From the NCBI GenBank assembly GCA_963755915.1, contig CAVWLP010000002.1, positions 4,352,001 through 4,416,000 on the forward strand: 64,000 bases of DNA. The letters are read 5' to 3'. A program made the translations under genes and the position numbers. The DNA is from an uncultured Phycisphaerales bacterium (lineage in GTDB: Bacteria > Planctomycetota > Phycisphaerae > Tepidisphaerales > Tepidisphaeraceae). Positions 30,415 through 40,725 of this stretch are shown here, piece by piece (the first letter of the stretch is position 1; every line of letters begins with the position of its first letter). Under the pieces are notes generated by a model. The model saw only the letters and a list, made by a program, of their open reading frames with translations. It had not been told where the DNA came from and did not search any database.

Positions 30415-32541
30415 ATGAGCAGGACATTAATTACACTCGCGATCCTGCTGGCCATCGTCGCCATGGGGTATCCCTACATCAACCACAAAGCCCCCGCCGC
30501 CGTCCCCTCCACCCGCCCCGACCTCTCCGCCGACCAGATCTCCGCTGCATCACTCTCCGGCCTGCTCCACGTCAACCCCTACACCCAGCTCCGCGGCCAC
30601 TCGGGATTCTGGCGCCTGGGTGAAGACCAGTCCGGTGTCTGGTGGTTCGTCTCCCCCGAAGGAAAACAGGAATTCCTCAACACCGTCACCACTGTCCAGC
30701 CCATGCAGGATGGCCGCGACAAAGATGCCGTCCACTTCGTCTCCACCGACTGGGACGGCCGCGACCGCGATGCCGACCTCAACCTCTGGGCCAAGGCAAC
30801 CCTCAAGCGCGTCTACGACTACGGCTTCAAGGGCCTCGGCGCCTGGTGCAACCCCGCATTCCACAACCTCGACGTCCCCATGGCCCAGGACCTCAACCTC
30901 TGGGCCTGGGTCACCGACGAATCCAAACGCTTTTATTCCCCCGAATGGGCCGACATGGTCGGCACCGCCGTTAAAGAGCAAGTCCCCCAACTCCGCACCA
31001 ACCGCAATCTCGTCGGCTACTATCTCGACAACGAGCTCGACTGGGGCGACGGCTTCGCCGGCCCCGGCGCTTACTTCGACAACCTCCCCGCCAGCGATCC
31101 CAATCGCGAGCAGGTCATCCAGACCATTCATTTCCTCTGGCCCCAGCTCCACGATTTCAACACCGCCTGGGAGACCAAACTCACCGACTGGTCCCAGCTC
31201 GACTCCTGGGTCGCCCTCCCCCGCGAGCAGGCCCAGGCCTACGACAAGCTCAGCACCGCCTGGCTCCTCCATCTCGCCAACGACTATTTCCGCCTCACCA
31301 CCTCCCTGGTTCACCGCTATGACCCCAACCACCTGATCCTCGGCGTTCGCTACAAAGGCCTCGCCCCCGAGCAGGTCGTATCCGCCTCAAGAGATTACAC
31401 CGATGCCCAATCCCTCAACTATTACGTCTCCGACGCCCGCCTCGACTCCGACATGTTTCACATGATGTATCAGCGCTCCGGACAGCCGGTCATCATCAGC
31501 GAATACTCCTTCCACGCCATGGACGGCCAAAGCGGCAACCTCGACGCCGTTGGCTTCAGCGCCCAGGTCCCCGACCAGCAGGCCCGCGCCGATGGCTATC
31601 GCCTCATGACCACTCGCCTCGCCCGCGTCCCCTACATCATCGGCGCCGACTGGTTCCAGTGGTGCGATGAGCCCCCGCTTGGCCGCGCCAGCGACGGCGA
31701 AGACGTCAACTTCGGCGTCGTCGATGTCCACGACAAGCCCTACACCCTCCTCGTCGATTCCATCCAGAAAACCGCCCCCCTCCTCGATCCCATCCACGCC
31801 CGCAGCGCAGCCGATTCTCAGTCCGATGTCTGGCGCGAGAGCTATTCCATCAAGCCCGCCATGCACGTCCCCTTCCTGGTCCACCCGCCCACCCTCGACG
31901 GCGATCTCTCCCAATGGACCGCCCTCGCCCCCCTCGACGGAATTCGCCGCGAGCAAACCGTCGGACTCGACCGCTGCAAAATCCGCTCCCCCGACGTCTT
32001 CCTGGGCTGGACGCCCCAGGGTCTCTACGTCGCCCTCCAGGTCTTCGACAAGGACATCATTACCACCCCCGCCAGCGCCTGGTGGTGGACGCGCGACAAC
32101 GTCGAACTCTTCCTCTCCACCCGACCCGTAACCACCGATGAGATCAATTACGACGTCTTCTGCCAGCAATTCTTCCTCATCCCGCGCGACGCCACCTTGA
32201 AAGACGCCCCCGTCGTCGGCCAATGGCACCGCGACGGCGACGCCCTCAAAGACAACCTCATCCCCCATCCCCTGATCCAGCGGACCGTTAAAATCCTCCC
32301 CGACCGCTACATCGCCCAGCTCTTCATCCCCGCGGCCGTCATGCACGGCTACGATCCCCAGCACCACGCCACCCTCGCCTTCAACATTCACGTCCGCAAC
32401 TTCTCCCACGCCGCCGACTTCTTCTGGTCCGCCCCCAAATCCAGCCGCACCGAGCTCCGCCCCAACACCTGGGGAACCCTCTACCTCGACCCCCCGCTCC
32501 CTACAACTGTCGCCCACTCCGCTCAAGCGCGACTTGACTGA
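30415..32541 (+). CDS. Secreted glycoside hydrolase (GH-A clan, GH50/agarase-like) with C-terminal CBM9-like domain
   Basis: WWFVSPEG, YYLDNELDW, DPNHLILGVR, IISEYSF and PTLDGDLSQW motifs. Confidence 0.75.
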   Translation: MSRTLITLAILLAIVAMGYPYINHKAPAAVPSTRPDLSADQISAASLSGLLHVNPYTQLRGHSGFWRLGEDQSGVWWFVSPEGKQEFLNTVTTVQPMQDGRDKDAVHFVSTDWDGRDRDADLNLWAKATLKRVYDYGFKGLGAWCNPAFHNLDVPMAQDLNLWAWVTDESKRFYSPEWADMVGTAVKEQVPQLRTNRNLVGYYLDNELDWGDGFAGPGAYFDNLPASDPNREQVIQTIHFLWPQLHDFNTAWETKLTDWSQLDSWVALPREQAQAYDKLSTAWLLHLANDYFRLTTSLVHRYDPNHLILGVRYKGLAPEQVVSASRDYTDAQSLNYYVSDARLDSDMFHMMYQRSGQPVIISEYSFHAMDGQSGNLDAVGFSAQVPDQQARADGYRLMTTRLARVPYIIGADWFQWCDEPPLGRASDGEDVNFGVVDVHDKPYTLLVDSIQKTAPLLDPIHARSAADSQSDVWRESYSIKPAMHVPFLVHPPTLDGDLSQWTALAPLDGIRREQTVGLDRCKIRSPDVFLGWTPQGLYVALQVFDKDIITTPASAWWWTRDNVELFLSTRPVTTDEINYDVFCQQFFLIPRDATLKDAPVVGQWHRDGDALKDNLIPHPLIQRTVKILPDRYIAQLFIPAAVMHGYDPQHHATLAFNIHVRNFSHAADFFWSAPKSSRTELRPNTWGTLYLDPPLPTTVAHSAQARLD

Positions 32542-32618
32542 AATTGTTTAGCCGCGACCCCCCGAGCGAAGCGGTAACCTTATCTCGGGGAGCGCTCCGC
32601 AACTATCATTGAATCGCA

Positions 32619-35513
32619 ATGCCCGCCCAGACCCTGGAAAATCGCACCCACGAGATCGGCCGCGAGATCTTCACGCGCATTAACCACGCCAATCGCCGCG
32701 GCTGGCCCCTGCGCACCATCGACGACGCCATGATGGCCTGGTCCATGCGCGACCCGCGCCGAAAATCCCAGCTCTTCCGTTTTGTCGATTGCCTCCCCGC
32801 CCTCCACTCCACCGATTCCGTCGCCGCCCACCTCCACGAATATCTCGGCATCTCAGGAAACGGCATGGCCCCCCTCCTCGCCGCCGCCGCCAGGCTAGGC
32901 GTAGGCCGAATGGCCAGAAAATTCATCGCCGCCGAAAATCCCCAGGCCGCCCTCTCCGCCATCCAGCGCCTCCGCGCCCAGCATCTCGCCTTCACCGTCG
33001 ATCTCCTCGGCGAAGCCGTCGTTTCCGAATCCGAGGCCGACGAATACCAGCGCCGATACCTTCAGCTCCTCCAATTCCTCCCCCCCAAATCGCCGCGCTC
33101 CCCGAAGACCCCCTGATCGACCGCGACGCCACTGGCACAATCCCCCGCGCCAATATCTCCGTAAAACTCTCCGCCCTCTTCAGCCAGTTCGACCCCATCG
33201 ACCCCTTCGGCACCACCCAATCCGTCCTCGCCCGCCTTCGCCCCATCCTTCGTCTCGCCCGCTCCCAGGGCGCCTTCATCAATCTCGACATGGAGCAGTT
33301 TGCCTTCAAAGACCTCACCCTCGAAATCTTCCGAACCGTCCTGATGGAACCCGAATTCCGCGACTGGCCCGACGTCGGCATCGCCATGCAAACCTATCTC
33401 CGCTCCACCCTCGATGACCTCAAATCCCTTGCCGACTGGTCCCGCCACCGCGGCGTCCCCGTCTCGGTCCGCCTCGTCAAAGGCGCCTACTGGGATTTCG
33501 AAACCGTCATCGCCGCCCAGCACAACTGGCCCATCCCCGTCTTCACCCACAAATCCCAAACCGACGCCAACTTCGAATCCGCCGCCGCCTTCCTCATCGA
33601 AAACCGCGCCCTTCTCCGCCCCGCCATCGCCGGCCACAACGTCCGCAGCATCGCCTCCGCCATCGCCCACGCCGAAAAATTCGCCGCTCACCCCGCCGAG
33701 ATCGAATTCCAGATGCTCTTTGGCATGGCCGACCCCATCAAATCCGCCCTCATCGAAATGCACCGCCGCGTCCGAATCTACGCCCCCATCGGCGACCTTC
33801 TTCCCGGCATGGCCTATCTCGTCCGTCGACTCCTGGAAAATACCTCCAACGAATCCTTTTTGCGGGCTGGCTTTCTCGACCACGCCCCCGAGGAGCAATT
33901 GCTCATGAACCCAGCTTTAATCAAACACGCCTCACCGACCCCAACCAAACCCGTCTTCCAAAACGAACCCCCCACTGATTTCTCGCAGCGCGGCTTCCGC
34001 GAGACCATGGCCTGGGCCATCGACCATTTCTCCGCCAAACCCCCCGCCTCCCATCCCCTCCTCATCAACGGCCGTCGCATCGAAACCGGCAAATGGATCG
34101 ACTCCGTCAACCCCTCCCACAAATCCCGCCTCGTAGGCCGCTGCGCCTGCGCCGGCCCCGACCAGGCCCACCAGGCCATCGCCGCCGCAAAATCCGCATT
34201 CGCAACCTGGCGTGATATCCCCCCCGATCAGCGCGCCTCCCTCCTCGATCGCGTCGCCGAAATCCTCCGCTGCGACCGCTTCCACCTCTGTGCGATCGAA
34301 ATCGCCGAGTGCGCCAAACCCTGGCGCGACGCCGATGCCGACATCGCCGAAGCCATCGACTTCTGCCGCTACTACGCCGCCCAGATGCGCGAGCTTTCCC
34401 AACCCGCCGGCGCCGACCTCCCCGGCGAACGAAACGACTGGACCTACGAATCCCGCGGCCCCGCCGTCATCATCGCCCCCTGGAATTTCCCCCTCGCCAT
34501 CCTCACCGGCATGGCCGCCGCCGCCGTCGTCACCGGAAATCCCGTCATCCTCAAACCCGCCGAGCAATCCCCCATCATCGCCTGGCATCTCGCCAAAGCC
34601 TTCGAAGAAGCCGGCGCCCCCCGGCGTCGTCAACTTCCTCCCCGGCATCGGTGAAGAAATCGGCCCTCTGCTTGTGGATCACCCTGACATCGCCATGATC
34701 GCCTTCACCGGCTCCAAAGCCGTCGGCCTCTCCATCAACTATTCCGCCGCCAAACCCCGCGACCACCAGGATCACGTCAAACGCGTCATCGTCGAAATGG
34801 GCGGCAAAAACGCCATCATCATCGACGAAGACGCCGACCTCGACGAAGCCGTCGCCGCCCTCCTCGCCAGCGCCTTCGGCTACTCAGGCCAGAAATGCTC
34901 CGCCTGCTCCCGCGCCATCGTCCAGCCGGCAAATTACGACGCCTTCCTGGCTCGCCTGATCAGCGCAACGTCGAGCTTAAAAATCGCCCCCGCCGAAGAC
35001 CCCGCCTGCCGCATCGGCCCCGTCATCGACGCTGACGCCCACACTCGAATCCTCGCCGCCATCGAGCGCGGCAAAACCGAAGCCCGCCTCGCCTATGCCG
35101 GCAACCCCGGCCCCCTCTCGAGCGAAGGCTATTTCATCCCCCCCCACATCTTCACCGAGGTCCCTCCCAACAGCTCCCTCGCCACCGAAGAAATCTTCGG
35201 CCCCGTCCTCTCCATCTTGAGAGCCGACAACCTCGATCACGCGCTGCAACTCGCCAACGGCGCACAGTACGCCCTGACCGGCGGAATCTTCTCCCGCAGC
35301 CCCGCCAACATCGCCCGCGCCCGCCACGATTTCCGCGTCGGAAATCTCTACATCAACCGCCCCACCACCGGCGCCCTCGTCGGCCGCCAACCCTTCGGCG
35401 GTTTCAAACTCTCCGGCGCCGGCACCCAGGCCGGTGGCCCCGACTACCTCCGCCACTTCCTAATGCCCCGCTGCGTCACCGAAAACACCATGCGCCACGG
35501 TTTCACAGACTAA
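32619..35513 (+). CDS. putA: Bifunctional proline dehydrogenase / P5C dehydrogenase (two frameshifts)
   Basis: TVDLLGEA, VRLVKGAYWD, AYLVRRLLEN, EAIDFCRYY, EMGGKNA, GQKCSAC and EEIFGPVL motifs. Confidence 0.95.
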
Positions 35514-35604
35514 TTTTCCACCTAAAATTCGGCGCGACGCACCCTCTCCTCGTTTAGCCGCAACCCCGAAGGGGTGCGCGTTCTGTGCTATCATCCACAT
35601 TCCC

Positions 35605-36315
35605 GTGCCACACACCTTCAAACATTCCGGTGACATCGGCGACGTCATCTGGAGCCTCCCCGCCATCCGCGCCCTCGGTGGTGGAATCCTCTACCTCGAC
35701 CCCGACGGCGGCCTCTCCAGCCCCCTCGTCAAATGGGAAGGCCGCACCCAAACCCGCATGAACGCCGACATCATCCGAGCCGCCATCCCCCTCCTGAAAT
35801 TACAACCCTACCTCGAAGACATCCGCCCCTGGCAAAACAACCCCATCGATTTCGACCTCGACCGCTTCCGCAAATCCGGCAGCTTCAACAACGTCTCCGA
35901 CTCCCACCTCGCCGCCTTTTCCCTCCCCTTCCCCGAGCGCGACCGCGCCTGGCTCACCGTCGACCACCCCCTCTCCATCCCCGATCGCCCCTTCATCCTC
36001 GCCCGCAATCTCCGCTATCACGGCAACGATGGTTTCTGGGAAGCCACCCTCCCCCACATCAAAAATGACGCCCTCTTCGTCGGCTCACCCAAGGAGCACG
36101 AAATCTTCGAACTCACCTTCGGCCACAAAATCCCCTACCACCCCACCCCCGACCTCCTCTCCCTCGCCCGCCTCCTCGCCGGCTGCCGCCAATTCATCGG
36201 CACCCAGGGCCTCCCTCACGCCATCGCCGAAGGATTGAAAATTCAACTCGTCAACGAATACTACCGCTACTACCCCTCCGCGATATTCAATCGCCCCGGC
36301 GCCCAATACGTCTAA
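35605..36315 (+). CDS. GT9/heptosyltransferase-like glycosyltransferase
   Basis: HSGDIGDVIWSLP N-terminus and LARLLAGCRQFIGTQGLPHAIAEGL C-terminal GT-B motif. Confidence 0.6.
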   Translation: MPHTFKHSGDIGDVIWSLPAIRALGGGILYLDPDGGLSSPLVKWEGRTQTRMNADIIRAAIPLLKLQPYLEDIRPWQNNPIDFDLDRFRKSGSFNNVSDSHLAAFSLPFPERDRAWLTVDHPLSIPDRPFILARNLRYHGNDGFWEATLPHIKNDALFVGSPKEHEIFELTFGHKIPYHPTPDLLSLARLLAGCRQFIGTQGLPHAIAEGLKIQLVNEYYRYYPSAIFNRPGAQYV

Positions 36316-36317
36316 AC

Positions 36318-36346
36318 AAAAAAACCCACGGCTCCATGCCGTGGGT
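36318..36346 (-). terminator. Intrinsic terminator between convergent genes
   Basis: ACCCACGGC/GCCGTGGGT hairpin with a T-tract on the minus strand; same stem as 13639-13668. Confidence 0.7.
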
Positions 36347-36370
36347 CATTATCAATCAGCCAAAACCGCA

Positions 36371-37209
36371 CTACCTGTGTCCACCACCGCCCCCAAACCC
36401 ACCACCTCTCATCCCCCCGCCCACAAATCCACCGCGACCACCCCCACCCCATCCACCACGATAGCCCCACCCGCCACGGTAACCGCCCCAATAGCGCCCA
36501 CCCCCGCCGATCACCACGATCCCGCCATAACCGAAATACGGATACCCGTAGTAACCGCCGTAGTAACCACCATAATAGGGATACGAATACACATACGAAG
36601 GCTGCGCCGGATAAACATACGTCGGCTGCTGCGCCTGCCCATACACATACGTCTGCGTCGGCTGCACATCAGCCGTATCCGCCGTCGCATAAGTCGGTGG
36701 AACCGTCGATTGATCCGGCCCATACGTCGAGATCGGCATCTGATTCGCCGCCTGCGCCTGCGGCAGCGCCGCACTCACCTGGTTTGAAATCGCGTCCTCG
36801 ATCTTAAACAGATCCGTCAGCGCCCCCGTCGACGTCAGCGCCGCCACCGTCCGGTTATTCACCGTATCGTACACCTGCCCCGTCACCCGAAGCTGCGTAT
36901 CCGCAAACTGGTAAGTCCCAAAAATCACCAGCGGCGCTCCACATGTTGGGCCGCGCTCACCGCTTCCGCCTGCCCGTTCAGCGGCACGTTCAAGTTGATC
37001 GCCCGCACCGCCGAATTCCCCGCAACCTGCGTCACCAGGTTCTCGTTGATCGCCTGCCCCACCCATTCATGATCCGTCGCACCGATCTGCACAAAGGGCA
37101 CCACCAGCACCTTCGTCTGCACCGCCGGATCAGGCATCGTCGTCGCCTGCCCCAGGCTCATAGACACACACCCCAAAACCACCAGCAACAAATAGGGGAT
37201 GTTTTTCAT
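36371..37209 (-). CDS. Secreted FlgO/CsgG/TolB-N-like domain protein with Tyr/Gly-rich tail, paralog A (frameshift near 36940)
   Basis: Signal peptide + ATTMP; VLVVPF...HEWVG...VIFGTYQ...LRVTGQVYD...LTDLFKIED; YGGYYG and GGGRGG tail. Confidence 0.65.
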
Positions 37210-37295
37210 AACTGGCTCCTGTTCTTCCACCATTATACGCGTCATCAAAGAGCAAACCGCGCATCCCCTATAAATAATCCCCCCATTTGCACCGT

Positions 37296-38126
37296 TTATC
37301 GCCCATGCCCACCCCCGCCGCCCCCACCGCCATGGAATCCACCCCCAAAACCCCCACCCCCATGGAAACCGCCTCCCCCATGAAATCCCCCGCCTCCATG
37401 AAATCCGCCGCCCCCATGAAATCCACCATGGAAATACCCCCCACGATAAAACCCTCCATGCGGATATCCCCAACCTCCATATCCGCCCGACAGATACACC
37501 GGCCCACCGTAATACGGATACCCATAATCAGCACTGTCATCCGAATAAGCCGGGTAAGGATAAACGTACGTCGTCACTGCATTGCCCCCGCTTTCATCCG
37601 CCGACGTGTAATACGGCACCGGTGATCCCTGCGCCCCATACGTCGCGCCCGCAAGCTCCCCCGTCGGCTGCGGAAGCACCGCCCCCAGTTGCGCGCTGAT
37701 CGAATCTTCCATCTTGAACAGATCCGTCAGCGCCCCCGTCGCCGTCAAAGTCGTCAGCGTGCGCTGATTCGCCAGATCATAAACCTGCCCATTCACCCGA
37801 AGCTCACTCTCCGAAAACTGATACGATCCAAACACCACCAGCGTCGCCCCCGCATTCGCCGCCGCCGCCGTTGCCGCTGCTTCCCCGTTCACCGGCCCAC
37901 TCAGACTCATCGCCTGAAGCTCCGGATCCCCCGCAATCTCCGTAAGCAGATTCTCCTGCAACGCCGCCCCCACCCATTCATGACCGTCGCCCCCAATCTG
38001 CGTAAACGGAACCACTAGCACCTTGACCAGCGGCTGCGCCTGAACAGCCGGCATCGTCGTCGCCTGCCCAAACGCCATCGACGCCACCCCAAACACCACC
38101 AGCAAAAACCAAATCACCTTTCTCAT
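37296..38126 (-). CDS. Secreted FlgO/CsgG/TolB-N-like domain protein with (GGGGFH)n tail, paralog B
   Basis: Clear paralog of the neighbouring gene; tandem 18-bp repeats encode GGGGFH. Confidence 0.7.
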   Translation of the reverse strand: MRKVIWFLLVVFGVASMAFGQATTMPAVQAQPLVKVLVVPFTQIGGDGHEWVGAALQENLLTEIAGDPELQAMSLSGPVNGEAAATAAAANAGATLVVFGSYQFSESELRVNGQVYDLANQRTLTTLTATGALTDLFKMEDSISAQLGAVLPQPTGELAGATYGAQGSPVPYYTSADESGGNAVTTYVYPYPAYSDDSADYGYPYYGGPVYLSGGYGGWGYPHGGFYRGGYFHGGFHGGGGFHGGGGFHGGGGFHGGGGFGGGFHGGGGGGGGHGR

Positions 38127-38218
38127 AACGCACTCCTTGAACGTCTAAGCGAATTCTATGGACATTCACCAGGAGTATTCGCGCCACCCGCTAAAAATAC
38201 CCGCAATTTCTAAGCGGG

Positions 38219-38602
38219 CTACTTCACCAGCCTGTTCCACAGCGGAGGCCCCAGAATCACCACTCCCACCACAACAGCCATGATCGAAGCAATAAGCACC
38301 ATCCCCGCCGCCACGTCCTTGCCGGTTTTCGCCAGCGGATGCACCTCCGGCATCGCCAGGTCAATCGCCGCTTCAATCGCCGTATTCACCCCCTCCAGAA
38401 TTAGCACAATCGCAATAGTTATCGCCAAAATCGCCCACTCCACCCTCCCAATCCCCACCCACCACCCCACCCCACACGCCCCCGCCCCGATCACAACTTC
38501 AACCCGCGCATTTCTCTGCGTCCGCAAGAGATACCCCAACCCCGCAAACGCAAACCCAAACGACCGAAATATTCCCCCGCGACCAGGCTTCTCGTCACCC
38601 AC
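38219..38602 (-). CDS. dgkA: Diacylglycerol/undecaprenol kinase family protein
   Basis: SFGFAFAGL, EGVNTAIEAAID and KTGKDVAAGMVL motifs; the open frame extends upstream to an ATG at 38725. Confidence 0.85.
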   Translation of the reverse strand: MGDEKPGRGGIFRSFGFAFAGLGYLLRTQRNARVEVVIGAGACGVGWWVGIGRVEWAILAITIAIVLILEGVNTAIEAAIDLAMPEVHPLAKTGKDVAAGMVLIASIMAVVVGVVILGPPLWNRLVK

Positions 38603-38763
38603 ATGTGCCTCACGACTAGCTTTACGGCTATCTCTGGCCTTGTCTCCGAAGCCACGACTCGAACCCAAGCGCGCTCCGGGCAGGTCGGACAAGCGGGGCT
38701 GTGAAGGACGGTTGAGGTCGAGCATGTGCTCGAAACTCCTTAGCGCCCTGCCGCCGTAGGCGG

Positions 38764-38894
38764 CGACTCCCTGCCGAACACCTCAAGGCGGTCCCGATTG
38801 TCACCAAGGCAGCCTTGTGCTCCCGCAGCGGAACCGCCTGTTACATACGAGTCAACGCATCTCCTCGTCACACAAACCGCAACCGAAAATAATC
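38764..38894 (-). repeat. Dispersed 130-bp promoter/hairpin cassette, copy A
   Basis: Aligns colinearly with 54564-54693. Confidence 0.85.
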
Positions 38895-38946
38895 CGCCTT
38901 CTCTTCTCGGCCCTACCAAACCATCTCGCGAAACAAAACCTCAACA

Positions 38947-39861
38947 TCAAATCTTCCAAGAATCCCCCACCTCCCGATTCACAACTCTTTCACTCTCCCT
39001 CCCCGCCGCCGTCAGCATCCTCTCCATCGGCTCCGTCATCGCCTCATGGCTCAGGCGAAACGTACTATGATGCATCGGCATCACAAATTCCGCCCGCACA
39101 TGCCCCGCCATCGTCCACGCCTGCTCCGGCGAAGCATGCGCCCGGATATAAGGGTCATACGCCCCGATCCCCAGGATCGCCAAATCCACCCGTCCCACAT
39201 CCTTAAACCATTCCTGGTAAGCCGTATCCCCGCCGTAGAGAATCTTGCGGCCGCTCGTCTCCAGAAGATAAGCGTTATACCCCCGGTAGCTATCGATAAA
39301 CGTCCGCGCCCCCCAGTGCTCCACCTTCCGCGCCGTCACCGCCAGTCCGTTAAACCGCGCCGACTCCCCCCACCGCAGCTCAGTAACATTTCGAAACCCC
39401 AAATCCCACACCAAATCGCGCGTCCGATCCGCCATCACGATCGGCGTCTTCTTATCCAGCCCCGCCAAACTCGGTCGATCCAGATGATCAAAATGCGCAT
39501 GGGAACTGAGAATCAAATCGATCTTCGGCAACTGATTGAGTCTCAGCGCCGCCCCGATATATCTCCGCGGCCCCAGCGTCCCCAATCCCAATCCCAATCC
39601 AATCCGATTCCCAAACACCGGATCCGTCAGCACCGTCATCCCCCCAATCCGCATCAGAATCGTCGCATGCCCGATCCAAACCGCGGACAATTCCCGATCC
39701 TCCCACCCGCGCAGATCCGGCCGAACCTTCGCCGCCGGCGGTGGATTGATCTGATCGAATATCCGCATCTGTCCCCGCCCCCGTCCCAGCCGTGCCGCCA
39801 GCTCCATCGCATACGGCCTGCGCTTCAAAACATCCGTCACCGTGCGCCACACCGATTTCAC
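38947..39861 (-). CDS. MBL-fold metallo-hydrolase (NAPE-PLD-like)
   Basis: WIGHAT, LTDPVF, SHAHFDHLD, GGDT and MPMHHSTF motifs. Confidence 0.9.
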   Translation of the reverse strand: MKSVWRTVTDVLKRRPYAMELAARLGRGRGQMRIFDQINPPPAAKVRPDLRGWEDRELSAVWIGHATILMRIGGMTVLTDPVFGNRIGLGLGLGTLGPRRYIGAALRLNQLPKIDLILSSHAHFDHLDRPSLAGLDKKTPIVMADRTRDLVWDLGFRNVTELRWGESARFNGLAVTARKVEHWGARTFIDSYRGYNAYLLETSGRKILYGGDTAYQEWFKDVGRVDLAILGIGAYDPYIRAHASPEQAWTMAGHVRAEFVMPMHHSTFRLSHEAMTEPMERMLTAAGRESERVVNREVGDSWKI

Positions 39862-40619
39862 AAAATCTCCGAGATGACCGGAAAATGATCGCTCGCATAT
39901 TTCGCCAGCCGATCCCGCTCGATCCCCGCGTCCTTGATCTTCGAGATATCGATCCCAAACGTGAAGATATAATCCACCCGCTGCCCCGGAAACTGCGTCG
40001 AAAAGCTCCCCGTTTTCGCCGCCTTCCAGGGATCGTGCGCGTAAAACGTATCCAGATACCCCGCATCCAAAAGCTTATGCACCGCCGTCCGCGGCAGCAT
40101 CCCCCCATTCGCCTCATAATCCCCCTTCGTCCGCTCCTTGCACTTCTCTATCTCAATCGCCTGGATCGGCGAATTCGCATTAAAATCCCCCGCCAAAACA
40201 TGCGGCCGATTCCCCTTCCGATGCCCCGCGAAAATCTCCAATATCGCGTCAATCTCCCGCTCCCGAACCTTCTCATCCTCGAGCTTCGCATGCGGATGCA
40301 AATGCACCGCCGCCACGGTCCACTCCTGCCCATCGACCGACACCGTCGCCTCCAGCAGACAATCCGAAAGCACGATCCGCAGCACTGAATGATTCACCGA
40401 CTCAATGATATTCCCCCGCACGAGGATCGCGGCTCCGTGCTTCTTCCCATCCACCCGCAGATATTCCATCTTCAGCCGCTTCGCGATCCGCTCCACAACC
40501 GCATCATCATCCGCCTCCACCAGCGCCACAATATCCGCCCGCTGCGCCTCAATGACTTCCGCGAGCGGATCGGCACGTCCGACGCCTCCGTCGAGAATGT
40601 TGTACCCGACGATCCTCAT
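39858..40619 (-). CDS. Endonuclease/exonuclease/phosphatase family protein
   Basis: YNI, ADIVALVE, VHL, AGDFNA, RVDYIF and SDHFPV motifs. Confidence 0.9.
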   Translation of the reverse strand: MRIVGYNILDGGVGRADPLAEVIEAQRADIVALVEADDDAVVERIAKRLKMEYLRVDGKKHGAAILVRGNIIESVNHSVLRIVLSDCLLEATVSVDGQEWTVAAVHLHPHAKLEDEKVREREIDAILEIFAGHRKGNRPHVLAGDFNANSPIQAIEIEKCKERTKGDYEANGGMLPRTAVHKLLDAGYLDTFYAHDPWKAAKTGSFSTQFPGQRVDYIFTFGIDISKIKDAGIERDRLAKYASDHFPVISEIL

Positions 40620-40725
40620 CCGCGTTTGATGGTAGCGCCACCCGCCCCAAAAGCAACGGGGAAGCCCACTCAGCTTTCCCCTCCCCGGGTATGGCGGGGC
40701 AGGGCGACATAATTTTACGTTTTGT

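Noticed and set aside
3027-35513. Frameshifts in pntA/B, fusA, putA and others as programmed frameshifting or pseudogenisation
   Set aside because: They are widespread, hit conserved housekeeping genes and often sit at homopolymers with no other decay; sequencing indels are the simpler explanation
37300-37450. Tandem repeats as a CRISPR array
   Set aside because: They are 18-bp coding repeats (GGGGFH) without spacers; no cas genes in the window
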